Shown: positions 18,274-29,422 of the stretch, one piece after another
Position numbering within the stretch: position 1 is the first letter of the stretch
Layout: the number at the start of each line of letters is the position of its first letter
NCBI GenBank assembly: GCA_963845245.1
Contig: CAWJRJ010000028.1
Location: 1-45,778, forward strand
Source of the DNA: Nitrospirota bacterium
GTDB taxonomy: Bacteria; Nitrospirota; JACRHJ01
Direction: 5' to 3'
DNA: 45,778 bases
Translations under genes and position numbers: made by a program
Notes under the pieces: model-generated
What the model was told of the DNA's origin: nothing
Seen by the model: only the letters and a program-made list of their open reading frames with translations
Databases searched by the model: none

Positions 18274-19870
18274 ATGGCCAGATATGTTATCGACCCTATA
18301 ACAAGGATAGAAGGACACCTCAAGCTTGAGGTCGAGATAGAGGGCGGCAAGGTAAAAGACGCCTGGACAAGCGGTACGCTGTTCAGGGGTTTCGAGCTTA
18401 TACTTCAGGGACGCGACCCGCGCGATGCATGGCAGTATACACAGAGGGTCTGCGGCGTATGCCCGACCTCACACGGCCACACCGCATCAATGAGCCTTGA
18501 GGACTCGTTCAAGGTAATCCCGCCGGAGAATGCGGTAATCATCAGGAACCTGATCGAGGGCTGCCAGTTCCTTCACTCTCACATACTGTGGTTCTACCAC
18601 CTGGCTGCGCTGGATTATGTCGATGTCGTCTCCGCGCTTTCGGCAAAGACATCCGACCCGAAGCTCCTTGCAGTACAGGCAAAGCTCAAGACGTTCGTTG
18701 AGTCCGGACAGCTCGGCCCATTCGCAAACGCATACTGGGGACACCCGGCATACAAGCTCCCGGCTGAAGTAAATCTGCTCGCCGTCTCGCACTATCTGGA
18801 TGCCCTTGAGATGCAGGCACTGGCCGCAAGCGCTTCCGCGCTTTTCGGCGGCAAGATGCCCATGACCATGACCTCGCCCCCCGGCGGGGTCAACACCATG
18901 TTGAACCTAGACATACTCGCGCATTTCATTTACAAGATCAAGACGCTTCAGACGTTCATTGACAACGTCTACATACCGGACGTACTGGCGGTAGCACCTT
19001 TCTACCTGGACTGGGCCGCAATCGGCAAGGGCCACGGCAACTATCTGGCGTGGGGCGTTTTCGAAGACCCCGCATCACGCGACCCGTACAAGAGGATGCT
19101 GCCGAGGGGCGCGGTATATGCGGACAAGGGGCTCGTGCACCAGCAGGTCGACGCAAAGATGGTAACCGAGGATGTCAGCCACAGCTGGTATAAATCAAAA
19201 AGCGGCCTGAACCCTGCAACCGGTGAGACCGACCCGGATTATACAAAGTACGACACGAACGACAAGTACACCTGGGCAAAGGCACCGAGGCTGAACGGCA
19301 AGCCGATGGAGGTCGGCGCGCTCTCCCGTATGCTGGTCGCATATGTCCATGGCCAGCCGACGGCGAAAGCACTTATCGACGGCACCCTCGCAAAGCTGGG
19401 CGTCGCCGGAAAACCTGAGGTGCTGCTGTCGGTCCTCGGAAGGATCGCCGCCAGGGCGCTCGAGGCAAAGATGGTCGCGGACCAGATGCTGGTCTGGACA
19501 GGTGATCTTGCGGCAAACATGGGGGCTGGAAAGACCGAACTCTTCAAGCAGTACGAGTTGCCCGACAAGCGCAAGCGGAGTCGGGCTTTGGGAAGCCCCG
19601 CGCGGCGCACTGGCCCATTGGAACACGATCGATGGACAGGTGCTCAAGAACTACCAGCTCGTCGTTCCGACCACCTGGAACGTCTGCCCGAGAGACGACA
19701 AGGGTGTACGCGGCCCGATAGAGGAAGCGCTGGTGGGAACGCCTGTAGTCGACCCGAAAAAGCCTCTTGAGATCCTGAGGGTGGTACACTCGTTCGACCC
19801 GTGCCTGGCCTGCACCGTGCACGTGATCGACCCGGGCACGAACGAAATCCACAAATTCAGGGTATCCTGA
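18274..19870 (+). CDS. [NiFe] hydrogenase large subunit, group 1 (frameshift ~19570)
   Basis: DPITRIEGH, L1 QRVCGVCPTSH, EAPRGALAHW, VVPTTWN, L2 SFDPCLACTVH, plus a cleavable C-terminal extension. Confidence 0.95.
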
Positions 19871-19887
19871 GAAAGGGGGTGACAGAG

Positions 19888-20514
19888 ATGGCCAAAGAAA
19901 GGGTCTATCACTGGACAGCTCCCATCAGGCTGCAACACTGGGTGCATGTCGTATCAATGGCGCTCCTCATATTCACAGGGTTCTATATCCACTCCCCGTT
20001 TCTGACGGGCGGCACCGAGACAATGGCGTGGAACAGGTTCTTCCATTTCCTTGCGGCCTACTTCCTGATCTTCGGGTTCATCATGAGGTTCTACCTCATG
20101 TTCAATTCGAAGGAGGCCGCCGACTGGAAAGAGCTTCTTCCTCTTCCAAGCAACCTGAAGGACATACCGGACGTGGTTATGTATTACCTGTTCCTGAAGA
20201 GCTCGCACAAGCCCTACAAGCGGTACAACCCGCTTCAGGGCCTGGCATATACTATCATGGGGCTGCTGATTATCGTTTTGGCGGCAACCGGGTTCGCGCT
20301 GTATACCGGCTGGCTGTCGACAAGCTTCGCCTGGGTCAACACAATGCTGGGCGGCCTGCAAATGACGAGGGTCGTGCACTTCCTCAGCATGTGGCTCCTG
20401 ATTGTCGTCACCATGGTGCATATCTATTTTGTCCTGAGACAGAACGCACTTGAGAAGGACAGGACACTCATGTCAATGGTGGACGGCTATACGCTTAAAG
20501 AGACTTCTAAATAA
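19888..20514 (+). CDS. Hydrogenase b-type cytochrome subunit
   Basis: RLQHW, RFFHF, YNPLQ, RVVHF..HIY (heme-ligand His), with 4 TM helices. Confidence 0.93.
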   Translation: MAKERVYHWTAPIRLQHWVHVVSMALLIFTGFYIHSPFLTGGTETMAWNRFFHFLAAYFLIFGFIMRFYLMFNSKEAADWKELLPLPSNLKDIPDVVMYYLFLKSSHKPYKRYNPLQGLAYTIMGLLIIVLAATGFALYTGWLSTSFAWVNTMLGGLQMTRVVHFLSMWLLIVVTMVHIYFVLRQNALEKDRTLMSMVDGYTLKETSK

Positions 20515-20535
20515 GAAAGCAAGGTAATCGAACTA

Positions 20536-21054
20536 TTGAATGATATTGTACCATCCGCCGGCCCCGGGACCATTAAAAAGAAAGTAATGGTCCTCGGGGT
20601 CGGCAATATTCTTTTAAGGGACGAGGGTGTAGGCGTACGGGTCATCGAGAGGCTCCAGGCATCTTACGAGTTCCCGCCCGAAGTCGAAATAATGGACGGC
20701 GGCACTGCCGGGCTGGACCTCATGCCTTTTATGGAAGGCTACAAGCATGTCATCATCGTCGATACGTTGAAGACCTCCGAACCGCCCGGTTCGATATTCC
20801 GGTTCACCCCCGACGACATCAACATCAAGGTGCCCTACAAGACCTCGTTGCACCAGATAGGGATGGTGGAGGTGTTTGCGATTGCCGAGGCGCTGGGTAA
20901 AAAGATTGAAGCGGTTATAATCGGCATACAGCCGGAGGATATGTCCGACTGGGGCCTGGAGTTGACTCCGACTATTGAGGCGAAAATACCCGAGCTGATG
21001 GAGCTTGTGCTGAAAGAGCTTAAAGCGCTTGGGATAACGCCCATAACGCATTAA
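20536..21054 (+). CDS. Hydrogenase maturation protease (HyaD/HybD family)
   Basis: VLGVGNILLRDEGVG, MDGGT, SLHQ, IGIQP. Confidence 0.93.
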   Translation: MNDIVPSAGPGTIKKKVMVLGVGNILLRDEGVGVRVIERLQASYEFPPEVEIMDGGTAGLDLMPFMEGYKHVIIVDTLKTSEPPGSIFRFTPDDINIKVPYKTSLHQIGMVEVFAIAEALGKKIEAVIIGIQPEDMSDWGLELTPTIEAKIPELMELVLKELKALGITPITH

Positions 21055-21060
21055 TCCGCC

Positions 21061-21090
21061 TTGACACCGGCATTTCATTAAGCTTAGAAT
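21061..21090 (+). promoter_or_regulatory. Candidate internal promoter for hypABF
   Basis: TTGACA-N18-TAGAAT. Confidence 0.55.
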
Positions 21091-21116
21091 AATTAATCCA
21101 GACACTTGAGGAACGG

Positions 21117-21461
21117 ATGCACGAAGTCTCCATATGCGAAAGCATACTTGATATAGTAAGAGAGCAGGCGGTCAAAGAGGGCGCCACAAAAGTGACGTCG
21201 GTACGCCTTAAAGTTGGAGAAATGGCTGGGGTGGTCGAAGACGCGCTCCGCTTCGCGTTCGAGGTGGTCTCCAAGGGCAGCGTCGCGGAAGGAGCGAGCC
21301 TCGTCGTAGACAATGTCCCGCTGACCGCACGGTGCAAATCCTGCAACAGGACGTTCCACATAGTCGGGTATGCCTTTTGCTGCAAACACTGCGACAGCCC
21401 TGAAATAGAGATAATATCCGGACGCGAGCTTCAGATAGAAGACATAGACCTGGAGGTATGA
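21117..21461 (+). CDS. hypA: Hydrogenase nickel metallochaperone
   Basis: MHE start, CxxC...CxxC, SGREL. Confidence 0.96.
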   Translation: MHEVSICESILDIVREQAVKEGATKVTSVRLKVGEMAGVVEDALRFAFEVVSKGSVAEGASLVVDNVPLTARCKSCNRTFHIVGYAFCCKHCDSPEIEIISGRELQIEDIDLEV

Positions 21462-22192
21462 TGAAGGTAAAGGTGGTAGCGGACATACTCGGCGCAAACG
21501 ACAGGATTGCGGCGGAAAACAGCAGGCTGTTCAAGGAATGCGGCGTCTTTGTTATCAACGTCATGTCCTCGCCCGGCGCGGGGAAAACGACCCTTCTTGA
21601 GAAGACCCTGGCCGCGCTGAAGGATAAATATAAAATAGGCGTCATAGAGGGCGACGTCGCGACGACAGCCGACGCGGACAGGATAGAAAAGATGGGCGTG
21701 CCGGTGGTGCAGATCAACACCGGGAGCGCATGCCACCTGGACGGCAACATGGTGCGTAACGCACTTGACGAGTTCGACCTCATGTCGCTCGACCTGCTGA
21801 TAGTGGAGAACGTCGGCAACCTCGTATGCCCGGCGGAGTTCAACGTGGGCGAGGACTGCAAGGTGATGCTGCTCTCCGTGCCCGAGGGCGACGACAAGCC
21901 GCTCAAGTACCCGCTGATGTGGCACCAGTCGAAGGCCCTTGTCATAAACAAGATAGACCTCATCCCCTACACCAATTTCGACATAGACAAGGCGACAAAG
22001 GATTCGCTCAGCCTGAACCCCAAGCTCGACATCTTCCCGGTTTCATGCCGGACAGGCGAGGGTCTTGAGGGCTGGTACGGCTGGCTTACTGGCAACCTTG
22101 AAACGGTCATATGCCTGAGAGGGCCCGCATACTGGTTACCGGCATCGTGCAGGGCGTGGGTTTCCGCCCTCATGTCTATAACCTTGCGGTAG
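21458..22192 (+). CDS. hypB: Hydrogenase nickel-incorporation GTPase; true end may be near 22120
   Basis: SSPGAGKTT, IEGD, CHLD, ENVGNLVCPAEF, EGDDKPLKYP, NKID. The 82-nt overlap with hypF suggests a terminal indel. Confidence 0.95.
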   Translation: MMKVKVVADILGANDRIAAENSRLFKECGVFVINVMSSPGAGKTTLLEKTLAALKDKYKIGVIEGDVATTADADRIEKMGVPVVQINTGSACHLDGNMVRNALDEFDLMSLDLLIVENVGNLVCPAEFNVGEDCKVMLLSVPEGDDKPLKYPLMWHQSKALVINKIDLIPYTNFDIDKATKDSLSLNPKLDIFPVSCRTGEGLEGWYGWLTGNLETVICLRGPAYWLPASCRAWVSALMSITLR

Positions 22193-24411
22193 CCGGAGGC
22201 CTTTCCGGTTTTGTCCTGAACACCTCAAAGGGTGTCACGATAGAGGTTGAAGGAGCGGGAGCGGAAACGTTCGCTGACAGGCTCCGACAAGACTACCCTC
22301 CACTCTCTATAATAAAAACTATCGAGACTGAGATACTTGATCCTGCCGGATACTCCAGTTTTGAGATTCGACTCTCCGAGTCCGTCCCTGAGGAGTTCTC
22401 CCTCATATCCCCGGACATTTCCACATGTCCTGAATGTCTGCGCGAATTGTTCGACCCGGACGACAGGCGATACCTTTATCCATTCATAAACTGCACCAAC
22501 TGCGGACCCCGATACAGCATAATAAAGGGCGTACCATATGACAGGCCACTCACCACTATGGCCGGATTCAGTATGTGCCAACGCTGTGATGCCGAATACC
22601 ATGACCCTGCCGACAGGAGGTTCCACGCGCAGCCGACTGCCTGCCCGCAGTGCGGGCCAAGGGTAGAGTTTAGTGACGGCATTACAGGAGATGAAGCGGT
22701 TATCTCGACCATCAAGTCACTTATGTCCGGGAATGTCGTCGCGATAAAAGGCCTCGGCGGGTATCAGTTGGCGTGCGATGCACACAATGAAGAAGCTGTG
22801 AATAAGCTCCGTGACAGAAAACGCAAAAGCAGAAAACCATTCGCGCTCATGGCGCGGGACGTCGATACTATAAAAAAATACTGCAATGTATCACCGGCGG
22901 AAGAGAGTCTGCTCACTGGCCGTGCAGCGCCGATAGTACTTCTTCAAAAAAGATATGATACGGCGGATGTGCTCCCCGAAGGTGTTGCGCCCGGCAACAG
23001 GTACATCGGTTTCATGCTTCCATATACTCCGATGCACCATCTGTTTTTCAGGCACCCGGCTGTTGCATCCAATGCTCTGCCTGAGGTGCTCGTGATGACA
23101 TCCGGCAACCTCTCGGAGGAGCCGATCGTTATCGACAACAAAGAGGCGGTCGAAAAACTTTCAAGTCTTGCGGACGCGTCCCTGACGCACGACAGAGATA
23201 TCTATATGCGTGTGGACGACTCGGTTACACGGGTTGTTAGCGGCATACCCCGGCTGATAAGACGGGCGCGCGGTTTTGCGCCGGAGCCGATCGAGCTTGC
23301 AACTGCCGTCCCGGATATACTGGCCTGCGGCGGCGAACTGAAGAACACACTCTGCATAACAAAAAATAACTATGCCATACTAAGCCAGCACATAGGCGAC
23401 CTGACAAACTACGAGGCGATGGGATTTTTTGAAGAGACGCTCAAAAACCTGAAACGAACGTTCAAGGCCGAGCCGCATATAATAGCCCATGACATGCACC
23501 CCGACTACCTGAGCACCAGATTTGCGCAGAATTACAAGCCGGATGATGGCAGCAACGTCACGCTTGTCCCCGTCCAGCACCACCACGCGCACATTGCATC
23601 ATGCATGGCAGAGAACGGCGAGAACGGCAGGGTAATAGGCGTCGCGTTCGACGGCACCGGCTATGGCCTCGACGGCAACTCATGGGGGAGCGAATTCCTT
23701 ATTGCTGGGTACGACAGTTTCGAGCGGTTCGCGCACTTAAACTACATCTCCCTCCCGGGAGGCGACAAGGCAGTCAAAGAACCATGGAGAATTGCACTGT
23801 CCATCCTGCACCAGACCTACGGCCCGGACTGCATCAAACTTTTTGAATCCTTCAAACCGGGCATATCAGTCGAAGAGGCCCGGCTGGTATCCAGGATGCT
23901 TGAGAGAAAGATAAACAGCCCGCTTTCGTGTGGGATGGGCCGGTTGTTCGACGCCGTCTCATCACTTGCAGGTATCTGTGACAGGATAACATTCGAGGGA
24001 GAGGCCGCAATCGCACTCGAAATGGCTGCTGCGGATACGGACGAACTGTACCCATATTACCTTGAAGGCAGTAGCCCCATGGTGATAAACGTGATGCCTC
24101 TTGTGCGGGCGATCGTTCTCGATATCCGGGTCGGAGTGGCGGCAAGCACGGTTGCGGGTAAATTCCACAATACCGTTGCGGCGATGGTAGTTGAAATATG
24201 CGCTCTCGCAAGGGATAATACCGGGCTTGAGACCGTTGCCCTCTCGGGCGGAGTGTTCCAGAATGCCCTGCTCTTCGGGCTGGTGGAGTCCGGCCTCCAA
24301 AGGCGCGGGTTCCGTATACTCTCACACAGCAAGGTCCCGACGAACGACGCCTGCATATCGCTCGGCCAGGCCGCAGTCGCCGCCGCAGTGGTCACAAAAG
24401 AATCCCTTTGA
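22111..24411 (+). CDS. hypF: Carbamoyltransferase HypF
   Basis: GIVQGVGFRP, Zn fingers, KGLGGY, MTSGN, HDMHPDY, QHHHAH, DGTGYG, SGGVFQN. Confidence 0.97.
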   Translation: MPERARILVTGIVQGVGFRPHVYNLAVAGGLSGFVLNTSKGVTIEVEGAGAETFADRLRQDYPPLSIIKTIETEILDPAGYSSFEIRLSESVPEEFSLISPDISTCPECLRELFDPDDRRYLYPFINCTNCGPRYSIIKGVPYDRPLTTMAGFSMCQRCDAEYHDPADRRFHAQPTACPQCGPRVEFSDGITGDEAVISTIKSLMSGNVVAIKGLGGYQLACDAHNEEAVNKLRDRKRKSRKPFALMARDVDTIKKYCNVSPAEESLLTGRAAPIVLLQKRYDTADVLPEGVAPGNRYIGFMLPYTPMHHLFFRHPAVASNALPEVLVMTSGNLSEEPIVIDNKEAVEKLSSLADASLTHDRDIYMRVDDSVTRVVSGIPRLIRRARGFAPEPIELATAVPDILACGGELKNTLCITKNNYAILSQHIGDLTNYEAMGFFEETLKNLKRTFKAEPHIIAHDMHPDYLSTRFAQNYKPDDGSNVTLVPVQHHHAHIASCMAENGENGRVIGVAFDGTGYGLDGNSWGSEFLIAGYDSFERFAHLNYISLPGGDKAVKEPWRIALSILHQTYGPDCIKLFESFKPGISVEEARLVSRMLERKINSPLSCGMGRLFDAVSSLAGICDRITFEGEAAIALEMAAADTDELYPYYLEGSSPMVINVMPLVRAIVLDIRVGVAASTVAGKFHNTVAAMVVEICALARDNTGLETVALSGGVFQNALLFGLVESGLQRRGFRILSHSKVPTNDACISLGQAAVAAAVVTKESL

Positions 24412-24524
24412 CATGCCAAGGCCAAATGCATTAATATCTATAGTTCAATTTGTGTAATTTTGCCCTCTTCACGTGAAGTTCTTTGGGGCAAACTTTCTTT
24501 CAAGAAAGGTTGCGGTTTTAGCTT

Positions 24525-25784
24525 ATGCTTACACAGGCCATAAAGGGCGTAAAAGATATAACTCCGTCAGACTCGCCACGCTGGCAGATGCTTGAGAAGG
24601 CGATGCGGGAACTCTTTGCACGGTACGGTTTCTCCGAGATACGAACGCCTATAATCGAGCATACGGTGCTTTTCACCAGGAGTATCGGGGCCACCTCCGA
24701 TATCGTCGAGAAAGAGATGTACGCCTTCACAGACCGGGGCGGAGATGAGATAACCCTGCGACCCGAGGGCACGGCTGGTGTGGTACGAGCGTTTGTTGAA
24801 CACAAGCTCTACGCGGCGTCTCCGGTGAACAAGGTCTACTACATGGGCCCGATGTTCAGGCGCGAGCGTCCGCAGGCAGGACGTCAACGCCAGTTCCACC
24901 AAGTAGGCATAGAGGCGCTCGGGGTCTCTGAGCCTTCAATAGACATAGACGTCCTCGTGCTGCTGCACGACATTTTCAGGACACTCGGCATCCAAGGAGT
25001 CGAGCTTAGGATAAACTCGCTCGGCTGCAAGGACTGCCGTCCGAAATACCGTACTGCTTTGCAGGCGTTCCTGATGGAGCGCATGGACCAGCTCTGCGAA
25101 GACTGCAAAAGGCGCATCGAGGCCAACCCTCTTCGCGCACTCGACTGCAAGGCCGCGGGCTGCAAGGCCGCCACGGTGGATGCGCCGGCTATGGAAGAGT
25201 ACCTGGACGAAGGCTGCCGGACTCATTTTGCGAAGGTGCGCGAAGGCTTGGACGACCTGGGCATCCCTTACGCCATCGACCGCAGGATGGTGCGCGGGTT
25301 GGACTATTACACCCGCACCACATTTGAGATGGTGGCTACAGATAAGGCCGGCGCACAGAACGCAGTAGCCGCCGGTGGCCGGTATGATGGCCTTGTGGAA
25401 GAGCTTGGCGGGCCGCCCACTCCGGGCATAGGCTTCGCCATAGGCATGGAGCGGCTCATACTGATGCTGCCGCAGGCCGATGTGAAACAGGCTACGCCGT
25501 ATATATTTATTGCGGCAATCGGTGACGAGGCTTCTCGCCTGGGCCTGAAGCTCGTGCATGACCTAAGGCAGGCCGGGATATGGTCCGAGCGCGATTACGC
25601 CGGTGCGAGCCTCAAGTCGCAGATGAAGAAGGCCGACCGTTCCAGCGCAAAATACGTCCTGATCATCGGCGAAGATGAACTCGCCAAAGGCAGCGCCATA
25701 CTTCGTAACATGCAAACCAAAGAACAGTCAGAGGTGCCTATCGACGGCGCGGCCTCGATGCTGATAAGCAAGTTCTGCAAATGA
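24525..25784 (+). CDS. hisS: Histidine--tRNA ligase
   Basis: DIVEKEMY, LRPEGTA, FRRERPQAGR, VRGLDYYTRT, GGRYDGL. Confidence 0.98.
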   Translation: MLTQAIKGVKDITPSDSPRWQMLEKAMRELFARYGFSEIRTPIIEHTVLFTRSIGATSDIVEKEMYAFTDRGGDEITLRPEGTAGVVRAFVEHKLYAASPVNKVYYMGPMFRRERPQAGRQRQFHQVGIEALGVSEPSIDIDVLVLLHDIFRTLGIQGVELRINSLGCKDCRPKYRTALQAFLMERMDQLCEDCKRRIEANPLRALDCKAAGCKAATVDAPAMEEYLDEGCRTHFAKVREGLDDLGIPYAIDRRMVRGLDYYTRTTFEMVATDKAGAQNAVAAGGRYDGLVEELGGPPTPGIGFAIGMERLILMLPQADVKQATPYIFIAAIGDEASRLGLKLVHDLRQAGIWSERDYAGASLKSQMKKADRSSAKYVLIIGEDELAKGSAILRNMQTKEQSEVPIDGAASMLISKFCK

Positions 25785-26263
25785 AGGTAATCTGCATCTC
25801 AGACACCCACGCCGACGGCATGGGCAAACTCCCTGCGGCCCTTTACGACGCGCTCAAGACTGCAGACCTCATCCTCCACGCGGGCGACATAACGTCCCCC
25901 GAAGTCATCGAAGAACTTAATGCGTTTGCGCCCGTAGAGGCGGTCGCGGGCAACATGGACGGCTGGGACATTACGAACCACCACCCGGATAAGAAGGTAA
26001 GCGAAGCGGGCGGCTTCAGGATAGGTATCACACACGGGGCAGGGCGTGTGACAAACATAGAGGAACGGGTCCTCGCAATATTTGAGAACGACAACGTGGA
26101 CTGCATCGTATTCGGGCATTCGCACCACGCAGTTGTAAAGCAGTACGGACGGGTCCTGCTGGTGAACCCCGGAAGCCCGACCGACAAGCGCTGGGCGCCA
26201 TACAATTCGTATGCGGTACTGGAACTAACCGACAAGATAACGGCGGAGATAGTCCGCCTGTAG
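25781..26263 (+). CDS. Metallophosphoesterase (YfcE/MJ0936 family)
   Basis: SDTH, HAGD, GNMD, THG, FGHSH, NPGS. Confidence 0.92.
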   Translation: MKVICISDTHADGMGKLPAALYDALKTADLILHAGDITSPEVIEELNAFAPVEAVAGNMDGWDITNHHPDKKVSEAGGFRIGITHGAGRVTNIEERVLAIFENDNVDCIVFGHSHHAVVKQYGRVLLVNPGSPTDKRWAPYNSYAVLELTDKITAEIVRL

Positions 26264-26279
26264 AGGAGCTTTACATTTA

Positions 26280-26824
26280 ATGGATATCAAGGCAATCTTC
26301 CACAAGTACTACCATCTGAATTCAAAAACATACCTCTTCCTTGAGGCGCATAGCCGCGCGGTAGCAGACAAGGCGCTGAAGGCTGCGGAGAAGGTGAAGC
26401 ACCTGAACCCGGACGTCCAGTTCATCGAGGAGGCCTCGCTCCTGCACGACATAGGCATATTCATGGTGAACGCGCCCAAGATCGGCTGCATAGGACCCGC
26501 ACGACTACATAGCGCACGGCTACCTTGGCCGCGAGCTTACTGGACAAGGAAGGCTACCCCCGCCACGCGCTGGTGTGCGAGAGGCACGTCGGCGTCGGCC
26601 TCACGGTTGCCGACATCGAGAAGTACAAGCTACCCATCCCTAAACGAGACATGGTTCCCCTGACCCTTGAGGAGAAGATAGTCTGCTGGGCGGACAAGTT
26701 CTTCTCAAAATTCCCGACAAAACTTAACGAGGAGAAGCCTCTCGACAAGGTGCGTAAGATGGTGGCTAATTACGGCGAGGAGCAGCTTAAACGATTCGAT
26801 GAGTGGAACGAGATGTTGGGGTAG
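26280..26824 (+). CDS. HD-domain (HDIG) metal-dependent phosphohydrolase (frameshift ~26500)
   Basis: HSRAVA, LLHDIG, CERHVGVG, EEKIVCWADKFFSK. Confidence 0.85.
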
Positions 26825-26848
26825 TATTTACATTTTATGTTTTAATAC

Positions 26849-26878
26849 GGCCCCGGTTATCCGGGGCTCTTTTATTTT
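26849..26878 (+). terminator. Intrinsic terminator
   Basis: GCCCCGG-TTAT-CCGGGGC followed by TCTTTTATTTT. Confidence 0.8.
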
Positions 26879-26975
26879 CAAATCCTTTTCAAATCTACAC
26901 TCCCCTGTCTCCGCAAAGTCCTCGTTCTTCATATGCTATAATTTATAAAACCATTCTTAAGTATACGGAGGTTTT

Positions 26976-29361
26976 ATGTCTGACGATATTTTTGCGCCCG
27001 GCTGGCCCGGCATCCTGCCGCGCTGGACCTCTAGCGCGAAGAGCGGGGTCGGCTCTTCTTTTGACCGTGTGAGCCGCGTATGGTTTACGCTCAGCCACGG
27101 GATAATAAACGAGATATACTATCCCAGACTGGACCAGGCATGTACGCGCGACCTGGGCATGATAGTCACGGACGGGAACAGTTTCTTCTCGGAAGAGAAA
27201 CGCCATGCCGCCTCAAGCCTTGGATACCTGGCAGACGGCGTGCCCGGATACAGGATTACCAATATATGTAAGCAAGGGCGCTACCGCATCGAAAAAGAGA
27301 TTATATGCGACCCCCTCAGAGATTCGGTCCTGCAACTGACCAGATTCACGCCTCTCAAAGGGAGGATGGAAGACTATAAACTGCACCTGCTTCTGGCCCC
27401 GCATCTGGCTAACCACGGAAACGGTAACACTGCCTGGGTCGGCGACTACAAGGGCGTGCCGATGCTTGTTCGCAGAGCGTGACGGCACGGCACTGGCCGT
27501 TGCATGCTCGGCTGCCGTGGGTGAAGAGGTCTGTAGGGTTCGTGGGCGTCTCCGACGGCTGGCAGGACCTCTCCACAAAACAACCTGATGACATGGGAAT
27601 ATACAAGGGCTGAAAACGGCAACGTAGCGCTCACTGGCGAGATAGACATCAGTTCGGCGGATGGCCGTTTCCTGATTGCCATTGGCTTCGGCAACACGAC
27701 GGCCGAGGCCGGGAACCGGGCCAAAGCAAGCATTATTTGCAGGTTTCGACCAAGCGACGGAAGAAGTATATAAAGGACTGGAGCGAGTGGCAGGAACGCT
27801 GCGTCCGTCTCGAAAAGGTACGCATGCGGCTCACGACATGTACCGCGTCAGCACCGCAGTGATGCGCGCCCACCACGACAAGCGCTTCCTCGGCGGTATT
27901 ATCGCCAGCCTTTCCATACCCTGGGGCACGTCAAAGGGCGACGACGACCTCGGCGGATACCACCTTGTATGGCCCAGGGACCTCTCAGAGACAGTCGTCG
28001 GCCTGCTGGCCGCAGGGGCCTGCGAGGCCGCAATCGATGCGCTTAACTACTTCCGGGTCACGCAGGAGGCCGACGGCCACTGGCCGCAGAACATGTGGCT
28101 GGACGGCACATCCGTACTGGCACGGCATACAGATGGACGAGACGGCATTTCCTATCCTGCTCGTTGACATTGCCTTTCGGGAGAAGGTCATAGATGACGA
28201 CGGGGCGGCCGGGTACTGGCCGATGGTAAAGAAGGCGGCCTCGTTCATCCTTAAAAACGGACCGGTTACCCAGCAGGACAGGTGGGAAGAACAGGCAGGC
28301 TATTCACCCTTTACGATTGCAGTCCAGATATCCGCGCTCCTTGCGGCGGCGGAGCTTGCAGAGAAACAGGGCGAAGCGGAGTCCGCATCCTTCATGCGCG
28401 AGACGGCGGATGCATGGAACGCCCGTATGGAATACTGGATATATGCCACAGGCACCGACATCGCACGCAGGTTCGGCGTGGACGGCTATTACATGCACAT
28501 ATCGCAGGAGGATGAACCGACCGCATTTACGTCCCGGCACTGCATCGTGCCCAAACAGGAACACGCCGTCAGCACGGACGCCCTTGCGCTCGTACGGTTT
28601 GGCCTGCGCAGCCCGGACGACCCGCGCATACTGAACACCATTAAAGTGATAGACGGGATGCTGAAGGTGGAGACCCCATACGGCCCGGTATGGCACAGGC
28701 ACAACATGGACGCATACGGCGAACATGCCGACGGCTCGCCTTTCAACGGCACCGGCATAGGCCGGGCCTGGCCGCTGCTTACCGGCGAACGCGCCCACTA
28801 CGAGCTTGCGGCAGGCCGGCGCGACGAGGCCGAAAGGCTGATGCATGCAATGGAGTGCATTCGCAAACGAGGGCGGCATGATCCCGGAGCAGGTATGGGA
28901 CACGGACGACATACCGGAGCGCGGCCTTCGCCTCGGGAGGCCGACAGGTTCCGCCATGCCTCTGGTCTGGGCACATTCGGAATACGTCAAGCTCTGCCGC
29001 TCCCTGATGGACGGCAAGGTATTCGACATGCCGCCGCAGACCGTCCAGCGCTACATAGTCGACAAGGTCGGCAGCCGCTTTGCGCCCTGGCGGTACAACA
29101 ACAAATGCCAGGTCATGCCGGCCGGCATGATACTGCGCCTGGAGGTGCAGGATGCTGCGGACGTACACTGGAGCATAGACGACTGGGAAACCGAGCGGGT
29201 TACGAAGCACGATAGACTCCGGCATCGGTCTGCATATTGCCGACCTGGACACGGCGGCCCTGCCGGAGTTCACGATAATCAATTTCAGGTTCCGCTGGAA
29301 GAAGGATGACCGTGACGACGGGACGGTTTTTGACGTCGTAGTCGGCAAGCCGATGGTTTGA
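26976..29361 (+). CDS. GH15 glucoamylase/glucodextranase with N-terminal domain (many frameshifts; pseudogene not excluded)
   Basis: APGWPG..WTSSAKSGVG, VWFTLSHG, IASLSIPWG, GGYHLVWPRD, QMDETA, QDRWEE, GRAWPLLTGER, IPEQVWD, SAMPLVWAHSEY. Extended -10 TGCTATAAT at 26934-26942. Confidence 0.88.
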
Positions 29362-29422
29362 CGAGTTATACGACGAAAAGAAGTTTCTTGACAAATCGCC
29401 CGTTTCGGAATGATAATTAAAA

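Noticed and set aside
19790..19830. Selenocysteine ([NiFeSe]) hydrogenase, suggested by the L1 motif and medial Cys
   Set aside because: L2 reads GAC CCG TGC CTG GCC TGC, so the residue is Cys rather than TGA. The ORF break at ~19570 is an indel, not a Sec codon.
24412..24524. T-box leader upstream of hisS
   Set aside because: The interval is only ~110 nt with no T-box consensus. There is only a small hairpin (TTGCCC..CTTCACGTGAAG..GGGCAA) of unknown meaning.
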